A program made the position numbers and the translations under genes. 64,000 nt of DNA from Octopus sinensis. Its lineage: Eukaryota. Every line of letters begins with the position of its first letter. Position 1 is the first letter of the stretch. The notes below the pieces were generated by a model. The model worked only from the letters and a program-made list of their open reading frames with translations. It did no database searches and was not told where the DNA came from. Positions 63,200 through 64,000 of this stretch are shown here, piece after piece. Where the stretch lies: the NCBI RefSeq assembly GCF_006345805.1, contig NC_043025.1, forward strand, positions 9,300,001 to 9,364,000. Direction: 5' to 3'.

Positions 63200-64000
63200 A
63201 CATACATAAACCTCTGTACTTGGCTTTTGTTAATTTCGAGAATCCCTTTGAAAGAGTCCCCCACTCCCTTATCTGGCGGTCAATGAAAAACCTAGGGATA
63301 GACGAGTGCTTGGCGATAGCTGTACAAAACCTGTACAGAGATGCTGCCGATATGGTGAGGGTTGGCAACGAGTATAGTGAAGAATTCCGGGTCGAAGCAG
63401 GGGTTAACCAAGGATCAGTCCTCATCTCCCTCTGATTCATCGTAGTCCTCCAAGCAATAACTGAGGAAGTCAAGAGAGGCTGATCCTGGAGATCGTCTAT
63501 GTAGATGACCTTGCTCTAATAGCTGAGTTGCTACCAGGACTAGAGATGAAGTTTCAGGTGTGGAAGCAAGGTCTAGAATCGAAGGGCGTAGAGTCAAGCT
63601 AAGAAAAACCAAAGTCCTAATAAGTATAAAGGCAGACAAATCATGAACCTCTTCAGATAGATGGCCCTACTCGATCTGTAGAAAAGGTGTAGGTAGAAAC
63701 TCCTGGTGTAAGCTACACTCATATGTGAGGTGCAACAATGTCAAATGGAGGTTAACTAGGAAGATAGTGTTTGTGAGGCTGATGCACAGGGTCAACAAAA
63801 CACCGAAGAAATACGGAGAACAGATTCGATCACATGTCAGGGGAAAAAACTAGAAGTAGTTGATAGCTTCCACTACCTATGCGACCAAATCTGTAGTTGC
63901 TCGGGGAGAGTAGTTGCTAGAATAAGAATAGCGTGGGCAAAGTTCAGAAAGCTCCTACCTCTGCCGGTAACAAAGGGCCTGTCACTCAGAGTGGAAGGGA
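63200..64000 (+). mobile_element. Degenerate RTE-clade LINE RT (runs off the window)
   Basis: KPLYLAFV..FERVPHSLIW, GVNQGSVL, YVDDLAL, KTKVL, a Cys-rich insert CSICRKGVGRNS, and LEVVDSFHYL..ARIRIAWAKFRKL. A related scrap lies at about 49260-49470. Confidence 0.82.

Overview
Eukaryotic, AT-rich, microsatellite- and SINE-dense genomic DNA. The repeat families resemble those of an octopod cephalopod (inferred from recalled repeats, not verified). Most ORFs in the track are microsatellite or SINE noise. The main content is a convergent, inverted pair of paralogous multi-exon genes: gene A on + (about 22.7-40.7 kb) and gene B on - (about 47.1-62.9 kb). Both encode Mind bomb (MIB1/2)-like ankyrin repeats, a single C3HC4 RING and a C-terminal Death domain. 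In gene B one exon has expanded to 25 near-identical 102-bp ankyrin units whose variation is concentrated at the binding-surface positions and appears shuffled between units, suggesting a variable sensor-E3-Death-domain receptor family. Gene A carries three tandem paralogous ~72-bp cassette exons at the start of the Death domain. Both genes show small frameshifts, which are either decay or assembly errors, and their start codons are unresolved. The window also contains a ~5-kb intronless multi-beta-propeller pseudogene with a templated insertion, R4/Dong, Tx1, RTE, Gypsy, hAT and Penelope remnants, a complete minimal hammerhead ribozyme, several modular tRNA-SINE families, three foldback elements and a 169-bp higher-order minisatellite.
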